Of a stretch of DNA of 64,000 nt, positions 24,683 to 35,759 are shown piece by piece. The notes under the pieces were generated by a model that saw only the letters and a list, made by a program, of their open reading frames with translations, ran no database searches and was not told the DNA's origin. The position numbers and the translations under genes are program-made. This DNA is from Heterodontus francisci (lineage: Eukaryota), in the NCBI RefSeq assembly GCF_036365525.1, contig NC_090399.1:61412430-61476429 (forward strand), in the 5' to 3' direction. The stretch's first letter is position 1. Each line of letters opens with the position of its first letter.

Positions 24683-24947
24683 GACAACTCGGAATGCACC
24701 TATTCAAGAATAGACCAACCTCCACTCAACAGAACACCTCAAGAAAGAAGACGGTGCCACAGCAGCTCGGGAAGCAAGGACTAAGGACACCCTATATCCT
24801 GCTGCACAACTACTGCTGTTGGTTAAGTATTGCTTGTATATTATTATTGTACTTAATAAAATCTCTATCTTGATGAAGAAACCAGAGTCTGTACCTTGTG
24901 GGTCAAAGGCTCATCAACATCCTACTTAAACACACTAAAATCTTACA
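24683..24947 (+). repeat. 5' LTR remnant (R-U5; U3 lost to the 37 bp array)
   Basis: Aligns with about 30935-31190 (tcaacagaacacctcaaga...cagctcgggaagc...ctatcttga...aaacacac.aaaatc.taca); AATAAA near 24855; ends in CA. Confidence 0.8.
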
Positions 24948-24949
24948 AT

Positions 24950-24969
24950 TGGCACCCCACAGAAAGGAC
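24950..24969 (+). promoter_or_regulatory. Primer binding site
   Basis: TGGCACCCCACAGAAAGGAC two bases after the LTR-terminal CA; first 10 nt fit a tRNA-Arg(CCT) 3' end, but a CpG-decayed tRNA-Lys site cannot be excluded. Confidence 0.65.
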
Positions 24970-25182
24970 AAGGTGACTAGTTAAAACCAGACTCCTGGTC
25001 ATTGTTGAGTTCGAGTCTCTTAGTCAGTTGCCTGACCAGCGTTTGATCGAGGAGGAGGAACCCGTGACGGGGGGAGGGGGTGGTGGTGGAGGGCAGGTGT
25101 TGGCATGAGATCGGAGGGAACGATCGGAGGGAGAGATCATTGTATTGATTGCCAGTAGCTGTTGTCTTTCAAAAGTATAAGC

Positions 25183-25980
25183 ATGACCGACAAACCCGTG
25201 TTGAAGTCTTTTCAAGCCAAGCTGGATAAGAATGTTAAAATAAAGGTCTTACAGGTCCTGCTTGCAGAATGAGGACATAGTTAAGTTTATTCAGGAACAG
25301 GTTAATGAAAGGAAGTTGAATGTAGATCGAGCCTTCAAGCTTATCTCTTACGTGGCATCATATCGCGCACAGACTGATGACCAGTTAGTCCAGAAAAAGG
25401 ACAAATTAGTCCAGGACCAAAGGGGTCAGATTGATACATTACAGCAACAGCTGGTGAGTACATCAGCAGTAATGCAGCAGCAGAGTGTGACTGCTGTACA
25501 GGCAGAGAGTGCTATGCAGTCCCTTGAAAATACTAAGCGAGAATAAAAAACTCAGCCAGCAGTTCGAAGACTCACGTGGTGCTCTGAGGGAAGCCCTTCA
25601 GCAGACCCACTGGGAGACAGATCACTGACAGTGCCATCTTAAAATCAGGAAGTTAGAGAGTAAGTTGGGGAAACAGCGAGCACATGTGTCTGCTGTCACC
25701 CTATAAAGAAACACAACACAACACAGAGCCCCTATATGATCCAGAATATGCTGATTCCTCAGAGGTAGAGTGGGGTTCATTCAGGGAGAAAATCTCCAAG
25801 GACCACTTGGGTGAAGACCTGTGGGATCCCCTCCCCCTAATCTTCCTGTTAATGTGGTTTTGAAGATTTTAAATCAAGCGGGACAGCAGACAGGAACTAA
25901 CTCCCGATCCCAGCCCCTGAGCCCAAGTGATTTCCAAGCCTGTGTCCATGAGATAGGCACTGTTGAAATGGGGACTTAGT
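25183..25980 (+). pseudogene. gag: gag-like pseudogene, N-terminal part (coiled-coil), frameshifted and truncated
   Basis: First ATG frame after the PBS leader: MTDKPVLKSF...QNEDIVKFIQEQ...IDTLQQQL...; then ALREALQQTHWETDH*QCHLKIRKLESKL...; then PVNVVLKILNQAGQQTGTNSRSQPLSPSDFQACVHEIG. Confidence 0.55.
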
Positions 25981-27154
25981 GTGAATTGAGAATTTTGGAA
26001 CTTGAAATAGATTGCCCATGAGGGAGAATGGATAAAAGGAAAAGAAATGATGATAGCCCACCGTAAAGGTTAGGACGGTGTGTGAGCGACCGGATTGGTC
26101 GTGATAAGAAGTTCAAGTTGAAACTGTCACTGCTCAGCTATCCAGCTCAGCTCCTGTGTCGAGACATTTAAACCAAGAGTAACTCCTGTCTGTGTGATTC
26201 TGTATGTGTGTGTGCTCAGTGTCCTGTATCACTGAAATGTAGATTAATTAACCCTCTTTAGTCCAGTTTTGCATGCTGTTTTCAAGTTATTGCTTGTTTA
26301 ATGTGTGTACTGCATACATTTGTATCAATGTTGGGTTAAACAAGAAAAGGATAAGTTCTGTTGAAATGAAGGAGAACGGAAGATGTGAAGTTGTCGTGTT
26401 CTGTCCCTTTAAGAATCTCCCTGTGACTGAAAACCCTGCTTAACAGGCTGGGTGATTTTCTTTTTGGGCTATTAATGTTGAATGCTTCCTTTTGGTTTGT
26501 GGAATTAAATCTTTAGTTATTGCAGCATTTATAAAAGGTACCTGAAGAAAGAAGACAAGTGATGTAATTTATTTTCTTCTTTTCCCTTTTAAAGGAAAAG
26601 TATGTGTTTATTCTGTTCTGTGTTTAGTTGATAAGTAGGTTTAAGTTATTAAAGTTGAAAAGACCCAGAGTGGCTGCAGTGCATGTGAGAGGAAGCATCC
26701 GAATTTCTGAATGAAAGACCTTTTCACAGTTTGGGTTTGTGCGCGATTCTTTTGTTTGAATGTTTTTTGTGTGTCCTCTTCACTGCAGTGAACTGAAAGC
26801 TGTTTAACCCTTTCTGGTCTGGAGTGCAACTTGTTTTAAATTGTCTGTTTCATGTGTGTGTGCATTTGTAATAATTATTTTTTAATTATCCATAGAACTC
26901 GCAATCTGCGATAGATTTGGCACTTTGTGTTAAATATGAAAATTATAAGCAGTCTAAAGGGATGGGGAATTAATAAAGTAAACCATTTTAAGTTGTGAAA
27001 TTCATTGGTGCTCACAGTGACATTCTAGTTATGATGATAAAAACGTGAGAATTTTATTCCGATACAAATCCACACATGTTAGAATGGGATGGTTTTAATG
27101 TTAGACAGTGTAAATTGCATTTTGGGTTGTTTGAAGCGTTTATGATTAATAATA

Positions 27155-27288
27155 AATAAAAGCAAAATACTGCGGATGCTGGAAATCTGAAATAAAAACA
27201 GAACGTGCTGGAAATACTCAGCAGTCTGGCAGCATCTATGGAGAGAGAAGCAGAGTTCATGGTTTCAGGTCAGTGACCTTTCATCAGA
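27155..27288 (-). mobile_element. Short Penelope-like terminal fragment with a hammerhead ribozyme core, inserted in the provirus
   Basis: Minus strand CTGATGA-AAGGTCACTGACCT-GAAAC followed by gatgctgccagactgctgagtatttccagca. Confidence 0.75.
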
Positions 27289-28656
27289 TAATGAATGTCG
27301 AGTTGTTCTTGGGTTAGAGACATTTTCACAAAAGTTAAAAGTTTCTTTTTGGGAATCATTGGAGTTCTTGCTCTGAAATAGTTGGGAAAAGGAATTCAGT
27401 AAAAGTTTAAAAAGCCTTTCTTTGTTCAGAAGAAAACAGGTTGAATTGGTTTGTCTAATCATCAAATGCATTTGTTTCTAGATTTAAAAAAAGAGAGGGC
27501 TTGGAATGTTGGAGCAAATAAAGTGAGCATAACGTTCTGAAATCTGAGCAAGTTTTAGGGGGAAAGAAAAGATATCACAAGAGTTTGAAATAAAAGAACA
27601 GTCTCATAGGAAAAATTCAGGTATTTACTTTGTGAAAAAAAACCCAGTTCAAACTAGCCAAAGCACATGGCAATGCCTTTGTTATTTTCTTTTTTTTTTG
27701 AAAGGAGGGTGATGATAACATCAAGGGTCCATCTGCGAGTTTTTGTTCAAAGCAGCAGAGAGTTAATCCCCTCCGCCAGCAGCTTAGCTCACTGCACAAC
27801 CTTTAGTTCATTGAAGATTTATATGCAGTATATGGGCATTATGAAATTTTAAGTTGATAAATTAACAAATATGATTCGACATCATAACCCATTGGGATCC
27901 TAACCAGAACCAAATGGATTCTCTGTTTTTGTTAAAGAGGTGATGCTGGTATAACAAGAACAGCAAGAAATCATAGAATGAACAAGAAATGTGAAGGTCG
28001 CCTCTAAACACATGCAAGCACTTTTGTCTGATATAAAAGCACCATTTAAAACCACCAAGCCTGGGGATAATTATTTCTAAAATAGGAATTGATAAAACAA
28101 ATTGGGATAAACAAAATTTTAATTTTCAAAAAATAAACTACACTTATGCCTGCTGGTAAACTGTTACTGGGTAAGGTGTTGTGTAGGTGAGGGCTACCAC
28201 GACAGGGAGATAGTGATTAAGGGTCTGTCTGATGCCTGTTTTAAAGACAGGTGGGTAATGGACTGTAGAGGTTCTCCAGGGCTCAGAAATAAAAGAGAAT
28301 TATAATTAATGAGAATTCGAAATAAAAATCTGGCTGGTGCGAGAGCTAATAAAGGAATGTTAGGGACAAAAAATGGCAGAATCAGAATTCAAACTGTTAA
28401 ATTAATGTGCATAATTTCCAGGAAGTCCAGAACTTTCCAGTAAGAGTTAGGAAAGTGTAGTTAAGAATTATAAATTGATAGCTTTCCCTTGGAGATTTGT
28501 GTCCTTGCCTACGTTGTTTTTTAAGAGAACTGATTGACATTCTGGCCACTAGCCAAAGCATTCAGACCATGCAGGGGGAGATGAACAAGGCTCTCGAGAC
28601 ACCTTCCCACCACCTCCCCTTTTTCATCTTGTGTTAAGATCACCAGAGAGTCAGGA

Positions 28657-29007
28657 ATTTATTTATTTATTCAGAGATACAGCACTGAAACAGGCCCTTG
28701 GGCACACCGAGTCTGTGCCGACCAACAACCACCCATTTATACTAATCTTACATTAACCCTATATTCTCTACCACATCCCCACCATTCTCCTACCACCGAC
28801 CTACACGAGGGGCAATTTACAATAGCCAATTTACTAATCAACCTGCAAGTCTTTGGCTGTGGGAAGAAACCGGAGCACCCGGCGGAAACCCACACAGACA
28901 CAAGGAGAACTTGCAAACTCCGCACAGGCAGTACCCAGAACTGAACCCGGGTCGCTGGAGCTGTGAGGCTGGGCTGTGGTGCTAACCACTGCGCCACTGT
29001 GCCACCC
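28657..29007 (-). mobile_element. HE1-type V-SINE inserted in the provirus
   Basis: tRNA head GGGTGGCACAGTGGCGCAGTGGTTAGCA, V-domain (GAGTTTGCAAGTTCTCC...GGTGCTCCGGTTTC), CR1-like tail with (taaa)n. Confidence 0.9.
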
Positions 29008-29129
29008 ATGTGTGACATGATATTGGGACACTGGTGTAAGTGTGCAAATGTGATGTGTTACGGGTAAACTAACATGCAGAATGCACAATGCAATGCACTG
29101 AAGAACAGGTCTCAGACAGGTTCACCTAC

Positions 29130-30267
29130 TCCACAGGGAATGGTTAACGTGGCCAATAGAGTGAAACATGTTTTAAATTGTCAAGGCATTGTCACATATT
29201 CCATAGAGTAACTGACTTTAAAACAATTAGAATAGAATTAAACACACTCGAAATGGGCAGAAGTAGTAAGATGAAAGTTCAGAGAGACAGTTGAAGGGCT
29301 AGGAATGATCCACATGATGGATATGGTAAAGAGAGAGCTGGAGAATCATTTAAGTCCATGCCTGATCTGTTACTTGAAACAAAAGTACTGAGAACAGGAC
29401 AATCATTTAGAATTAACAAGCTTCAGCAAAAGAATAAAGAATTGATCTTTGGAATCTTGAATTACTGCAACAGTTGTTAAGGAACAGATAATAATGAGGA
29501 ATCACATTGTTAGATACAAAAATCCACCTATTTATATCTCCCTGGTCAATAAAACCACCTGGGTTGCCCCTGACTTGTCTGGGTGTCTCCAGTCAGAGGA
29601 TGCCTTTGTTTGCCCATATGATATTGTAGAAAACTCTGCTCCAGCATGTGGATTAACCTGGAACAAAGATCCCCTCAACTGTACAATGGAAATAGTGAGT
29701 GGAGAGGAGTTTCCCAATCACTCTGTCTACCAAGGTGAGGGAAGTTATTGTGTTGTTACTACCCACACAGAGTATACATAAGGCAGTTTAATGTGTCAAA
29801 TAAATAAGGGAGAATTTTGTTTTAGTCCCTCTCTAAGGGCTCAGATAGTAAACAATGTCCTATTCAGTATAAGGAATAATCAGCAAATAAATATCACTGT
29901 TAAAGATGACCTCAAGGAGCAGTTATATCAATATGTCAGTAGATTTGTTTATGGCATTCCCCCTTTTCCTGAACATCTGACTGAGCTATTACAAAGACTC
30001 AATACATCCAACAAACACTTTTATGTCCTGCAACAATAAAATGAGGAAATTAAAAAGGAAATCCCTGAGATAGGGGATGAGAGTCACTGGTGTGACATTG
30101 AAATACCCCCTTGGATCAGGATTATTTCCCATGACTTTGTCATCATTCAATAGGCGATAATTCTGATTTTGGTGTGTGCGTTAAGACAAATCATGGGGAT
30201 GATAAAGAAAATGAGAATTAGACAGGAGACCATGAAAGAATATGCCCCACTTAAGGGTAATGTATGA
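29130..30267 (+). pseudogene. env: env-like fusion glycoprotein pseudogene (C-terminal part)
   Basis: One frame 29494-30267 with three internal stops: Cys-rich PDLSGC-x8-CP...ACGL...NCTMEI...YCVVT...CQI...FCF, sequons NKT/NCT/NHS/NIT/NTS, heptad LTELLQRLNTSNKHFYVLQQ*NEEIKKEI, Trp-containing juxtamembrane HWCDIEIPPW, hydrophobic TM, tail with YAPL. Confidence 0.75.
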
Positions 30268-30329
30268 GGGATCAATGCCATCTGGTATTTTACCCTCACA
30301 GTGGGCACTGTAGGAACTAAGGGGTTAAC

Positions 30330-31190
30330 AACTACCATATTTAATCTGTTGGATGAATCTGTGCGAGTTGTGGCCTGATACAATTCACATGAGGTGCTAT
30401 GTTTTAAAGTAGAATAATTTGAAATGATATTGTGGTTTTGTTCAGGAATAGTTATACTTTGTATATGTATCAATGTATTATATTAGAATTAAGTTATGGA
30501 CCTCGTGTTTGGAATCATGTTGTTATGTGAAATGTATATTTGTATGCTGTATTGGAGAGATGGTGGAAGACGGTTTAACTGTAACAACAATAACAGAAGT
30601 GACTTTGCGATGAGACAGGATGTTTTGATAAGTACCTTACTGCATTTCAATTAAGACAGGCTCAGGGTCGGAATAATTGATAGACTTGTACGCCTCATGA
30701 TGGAAATGTAAGTAAAGGTGTTCGGAGACTATTCATGACTGGAATGTTGATGGGGATAGCAAACATTCCCCATTGTGTGACAATGACTTAGGCCATCAAG
30801 CTATCTTCAGAGTCAATGTATGAAAGGTGAGGCCATACCTGATCAATCGAAAGGGTTCAGGTGGAATGTAACCTAATATGGAATGAAGGAACCGTCGGAG
30901 GATCAGGGTGCGGGTATAAATGAAAGGTGCTGAGAGACATCAGCACACAAAGATTTGAGAAGAGACCATCCTGCAGTCAACAGAACACCTCAAGAGAGAA
31001 GACTTCACCACAACAGCTCGGGAAGCCAAACTGAGGGCACTCTGCTGTTTAACTACTGCCATTGGTTTAGAATTGTTTGCAAATCCTTGCTGTGCTTAAT
31101 GAACTCACTATCTTGACTTAAGAATACAGAGAAAGAACCTGGTTGGTTAAAAGCGAGTTACATCCAGCACAAACACACAAAAATCATACA
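30330..31190 (+). repeat. 3' LTR (left boundary approximate)
   Basis: Follows purine-rich aggaactaagggg (about 30313-30325); TATAAA at 30915-30920; R-U5 homologous to 24683-24947; ends in CA. Confidence 0.7.
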
Positions 31191-31197
31191 GAGGTCC

Positions 31198-33017
31198 CTC
31201 TTCTTCTTCTTTTTCTTATTTGGCCTCTTTGTTTTGAGAGACAATGGGTAAGCGCCTGGAGGTGGTCAGTGGTTTGTGAAGCAACGCCTGGTGTGGCTAT
31301 AAAGGCCAATTCTAGAGTGACAGACTCTTCCACAGGCGCTGCAGATAAAATTGGTTGTCGGGGCTGTTACACAGTTGGCTCTCCCCTTGCGTTTTTCTTT
31401 TTTCCTGCCAATTGCTAAGTCTCTTCGACTCGCCACTCTTTAGCCCCGCCTTTATGGCTGTCTGCCAGCTCTGGCGATCACGGGTAACTGACTCCCACAA
31501 CTTGTAATCAATGTCACAATACTTCATGTCGCGTTTTGAGACGTCTTTAAAGCGGAGACATGGACGGCCGGTGGGTCTGATACCAGTGGCGAGCTTGCTG
31601 TACAATGTGTCTTTGGGGATCCTGCCATCTTCCATGTGGCTCACATGGCCAAGCCATCTCAAGCGCCGCTGGCTCAGTAGGGTGTATATGCTGGGCATGT
31701 TGGCCGTCTCGAGGACTTCTGTGTTGGAGATACGGTCCTGCCACCTGATGCCAAGGATACTCTGGAGGCAGCGAAGATGGAATGAATTGAGACGTCGCTC
31801 TTGGCTGACATACGTTGTCCAGGCCTCGCTGCCGTAGAGCAAGGTACTGAGGACACAGGCTTCATACACTCGGACTTTTGTGTTCCATGTCAGTTCGCCA
31901 TTTTCCCACAATCTCTTGGCCAGTCTGGACATGGCAGTGGAAGCCTTTCCCATGTGCTTGTTGATTTCTGCATCGAGAGACAGGTTACTGGTGATAGTTG
32001 AGCCTAGGTAGGTAAACTCTTGAACCACTTCCAGAGCGTGGTCATCGATATTGATGGATGGAGCATTTCTGACATCCTGTCCCATGATGTTCATTTTCTT
32101 GAGGCTGATGTTTAGGCCAAATTTGTTGCAGGCAGCCGTAATCCTGTCGATGAGACTCTGCAGACACACTTCATTGTGGGATGTTAATGCAGCATCATCA
32201 GCAGAGAGGAGTTCCCTGATGAGGACTTTCCGTACTTTGGTCTTCGCTCTTAGAAGGGCAAGGTTGAACAACCTGCCATCTGATCTTGTGTGGAGGAAAA
32301 TTCCTTCTTCTGAAGATTTGAATGCATGTGAGAGCAGCAGGGAGAAGAAGATCCCAAACAGTGTAAGTGCGAAAACACAGCCCTGTTTCACGCCACTCAG
32401 GATGGGAAAGGGGTCTGATGAGGCGCTGCTATGTTGAATTGTGCCTTTCATATTGTCATGGAATGAGGTGATGATACTTAGTAGCTTTGGTGGACATCCA
32501 ATCTTTTCTAGTAGTCTGAAGAGACCACGTCTGCTGACGAGGTCAAAGGCTTTGGTGAGATCTATGAAAGCAACGTAGAGGGGCATCTGTTGTTCACGGC
32601 ATTTCTCCTGCAGCTGGCGAAGGGAGAACATCATGTCAGTGGTAGATCTCTCTGCTCGAAAGCCACACTGTGCCTCAGGGTAGATGCGCTCAGACAGCTT
32701 CTGGAGTCTGTTTAAAGCAACTCGAGCGAAGACCTTCCCCACTATGCTGAGCAGGGAGATTCCACGGTAGTTGTTGCAGTCACCGCGGTCACCCTTGTTC
32801 TAATAGAGGGTGATGATGTTGGCATTGCGCATGTCCTGTGGTACTGCTCCCTCATCCCAACACAGGCAAAGCAGTTCGTAGAGTGCTGAAAGTATAGCAG
32901 GCTTGGCACTCTTGATTATTTCAGGTGTAATGCCGTCCTTCCCAGGGGCTTTTCCACTGGCTAGAGAATCAATGGCATCACTGAGTTCCGATTTTGTTGG
33001 CTGTACGTCCAGCTCGT
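31198..33017 (-). mobile_element. RTE-clade (BovB-like) LINE, 5'-truncated, RT pseudogene
   Basis: ORF 31312..32742: PEAQCGFR, FIDLTKAFD, GVKQGC, SADD (degenerate Y/FADD), FTYLGS, LLYGSEAW, RRLRWLGHV; (GAA)n tail; stop upstream of NYRGISLL and a C-terminal frameshift. Confidence 0.93.
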
Positions 33018-33419
33018 GCTTCTCTTACCCTCCTATAATATCAGGAAATTTTACATCAAACACTAAGTGATTGTTGGCACTATCCATTTTCCAGTAGGTG
33101 TCATTGTCCATGGATCTATATTCAGAATGAGTCAGTGTCTGTATCTCTATCAGGGAAGTGTTCGGTAACTGACGTGACCTTCTTGCTCAGGTTTAAGGAA
33201 GGAGAAGGTTAAATAAACTTGTTAAACTGACTCTCCCTCAGAGATACAATCATCTGTGACAATCAATCCATTTAACTGCTTCCAAACTGCTTTTGTTCAG
33301 AAATATTTGCCCAGGTTTGGAAAGTGCAGGGTAAGTAAGGTCATTAAATTGATGTTAACGGGGAGGTTGATATCATAATGAGGACATCTAGCAATCACTA
33401 TTAATGTCAACAGTTATTC

Positions 33420-34345
33420 CAACTCCAGTCTCATTTCCTTGTCCATATGCTTGTGAAATCCTCGAAACGCTTCCCTTTCCTTCATTATCCTCTCGCTCTT
33501 AATATATTGAAAAAAATCTTTGTTTTTTCCTTGGTTTTCCTGCCAATAATTTTTCATGTCCTCTCTTTTCTTTCCTAGTTTCCTTTTTTACTTCACCCCT
33601 GCACTTTCTAGACTCCTCTACGCTTTCTAAAGTATTAAGTTTTTTGTGGCTGTTATAAGCTTTCTTTTTCTGCTTAATCTTACTCTGTCTGCTTCTAGAT
33701 AATCAGGGGGCTCTAGATTTGGCCGTGCCACCCTTTATCTTTGTGGGGACACATCTACACTGTGCCTGTAGAATCTCGCTTTTGAATGCCTCACACTGGT
33801 TTGCCATTGATTTTCCTTCAAGTAGCTGTATCCAGTCCACTTTCGCCAGATCACCTCAGTTTTGTAAAATTTGCTTTACCCCTATTTAGAACTTTTTACT
33901 CCTGTTTTATCTTTGTCCTTTTCCATGATTATGCTTAAACTAAGTGTATTATGGTCACTATCTCCAAAATGGTCACCCACTGGTACTTCATCCTCTTGCC
34001 CAGCTATTACTGAAGACTAAATCTAGAATTACGCCCCCTCTCGTGCTTGTTACGTGTTGGCTACAAAAGTTCTCTTGAATCAGTTCAAGAATTTTGTGCC
34101 CTCAGTGCCCTTCACATTGTTTTTATCCCAATTGATATTCAGGTAGTTGAAATTCCCACTATTATTGCCCTATTGTTTTTGCACTCAGAAATTTGCCTAT
34201 ATATTTGCCACTCGGCCGAGCTGTCCTGCCATGCCTTAGATTTACGAACTAATTATCGCTAGCGTAATAAGTGTAATAAATAGAATAACTTACCAGTTAC
34301 TCGCCAATTAGCTTCTTCCCCTGTACTGTGGAGGCTGAAAAAACA
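33420..34345 (-). mobile_element. CR1 LINE with internal deletion: 5'UTR and ORF1 start fused to the ORF2 endonuclease/linker
   Basis: Minus strand ATGGCAGGACAGCTCGGCCGAGTG (MAGQLGRV, CR1 ORF1-like start, ATG near 34232) joins IYRQISECKNNRAIIVG...VGDHFGDSDHN. Confidence 0.65.
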
Positions 34346-34364
34346 GAAAAGAAAAGCAAGAGAC

Positions 34365-34855
34365 TAGAGAGCTCAGAGAGCGGAAAACAGCGAGAGTGGA
34401 GCCGGAGAATAAAGAGAGCGGGAGAGAGAACGAGAGTTCACTCAGAGAGTGGGAAACAGCGAGAGCGGAGCCGGAGCAGTAAGAGACCGGGAGAGAGAGC
34501 AAGAGTTCACACAGAGAGCAGGAAACAGATAGAGTGGAGCCGGAGCATAAAGAGACCGGGAGAGAGAGTGAGAGTTCACTCAGCGAGTGGGAAACACGAG
34601 AGTGGAGCCGGAGCATAAAGAAAGTGGGAGAGAGAGTGAGAGTTCACTCAGCGAGTGGGAAACAGCGAGAGCAGAGCCGGAGCAGAAAGAGACCGGGAGA
34701 GAGAGCAAGAGTTCACTCAGCGAGTGGGAAACAGCGAGAGCGGAGCCGGAGCAGAAAGAGACCGGGAGAGAGAACGAGAGCTCAAACAGAGATTGGGAAA
34801 CACGAGATTGGAGCCGGAGCATAAAGAGAGTGGGAGAGGGAGCGAGAGTTCACGG
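34365..34855. repeat. 68-69 bp CpG-rich tandem repeat (about 7 copies) at the 5' end of the minus-strand CR1
   Basis: gagttca at 34434, 34503, 34572, 34640 and 34709. Confidence 0.9.
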
Positions 34856-35757
34856 GTAGGCGGTGGCGTAGTGGTATTATCTCTGGACTAGTAATCCAGA
34901 AACCCATGGTATTTCTCTGGGGACATGGGTTCGAATCCCACCACAGCAGAAGGTGGAATGTTAATTTAATTAATAAATCTGGAATTAAAAGCTAGTCTAA
35001 TGATGGCCATGAAACCATTGTCAATTGTTGTAAAAACCCATCTGGTTCACTAATGTCCTTTAGGGAAGGAAATCTGCTGTCTTTACCTGGTCTGGCCTAC
35101 ATGTGACTCCAGACCCACAGCAATGTGGTTAACTCTTACATGCCCTCTGAAATGGCCTGGCAAGACACTCAGTTGTACCTAACCGCTACGAAGTCAATAA
35201 AAAGGAATGAAACCGGACGGACCACCCGGCATCGACCAAGGCACCGGAAACGACAACAGCAAACCCAGCCCTGTCGACCCTGCAAAGTCCTCCTTACTAA
35301 CATCTGGGGGCTTGTGCCAAAGTTGGGAGAGCTGTCCCACAGACTTGTCAAGCAACAGCCTGACATAGTCATACTCATGGAATCATACCTTACAGACAAT
35401 GTCCCAGACACTGCCATCACCATCCCCGGGTATGTCCTGTCCCATCGGCAGGACAGATCCAGCAGAGGTGGCGGGACAGTGGTATACAGTCAGGAGGGAG
35501 TTGTCCTGGGAGTCCTTAACATCGACTCCGGACCCCATGAAGTCTCATGGCATCAGGTCAAACATGGACAAGGTAACCTCCGACAGATTACCACCTACCG
35601 CCCTCCCTCAGCTGATGACTCAGTACTCCACCATGTTGAACACCATTTGGAGTAAGCACTGAGGGTGGCAAGGGCACAAAATGTACTCTGGGTGGGGGAC
35701 TTCAATGTCCATCACCAACAGTGGCTCGGTAACACCACTACTGACCGAGCTGGCGGA
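34855..35757 (+). mobile_element. tRNA-headed non-LTR retrotransposon (CR1/L2 group), 5' end with AP-endonuclease frame, 3'-truncated
   Basis: Box A TGGCGTAGTGG 34864-34874, TGGACTAGTAATCCA anticodon arm, box B GGTTCGAATCC 34928-34938; then TNIWGL...ILMESYL...DRSSRGGG...TYRPP...VGDFNVHH. Confidence 0.85.
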
Positions 35758-35759
35758 CA

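Larger units (their letters stand above)
24683..31190 (+). mobile_element. Defective endogenous retrovirus / enveloped LTR element: partial 5'LTR-PBS-gag-(no recognisable pol)-env-3'LTR
   Basis: Two homologous LTR segments ending in aaatc(t/a)taCA (24947 and 31190), PBS TGGCACCCCA after the first, decayed gag-like and env-like frames between them. Confidence 0.8.

Noticed and set aside
31312-32742. Active or domesticated reverse transcriptase gene
   Set aside because: 5'-truncated, stop upstream, SADD in place of Y/FADD, C-terminal frameshift
34855-34945. tRNA gene (also at 40955, 49370, 61343, 29007)
   Set aside because: Box A/B are present but each continues into SINE/LINE body sequence; these are retroposon heads
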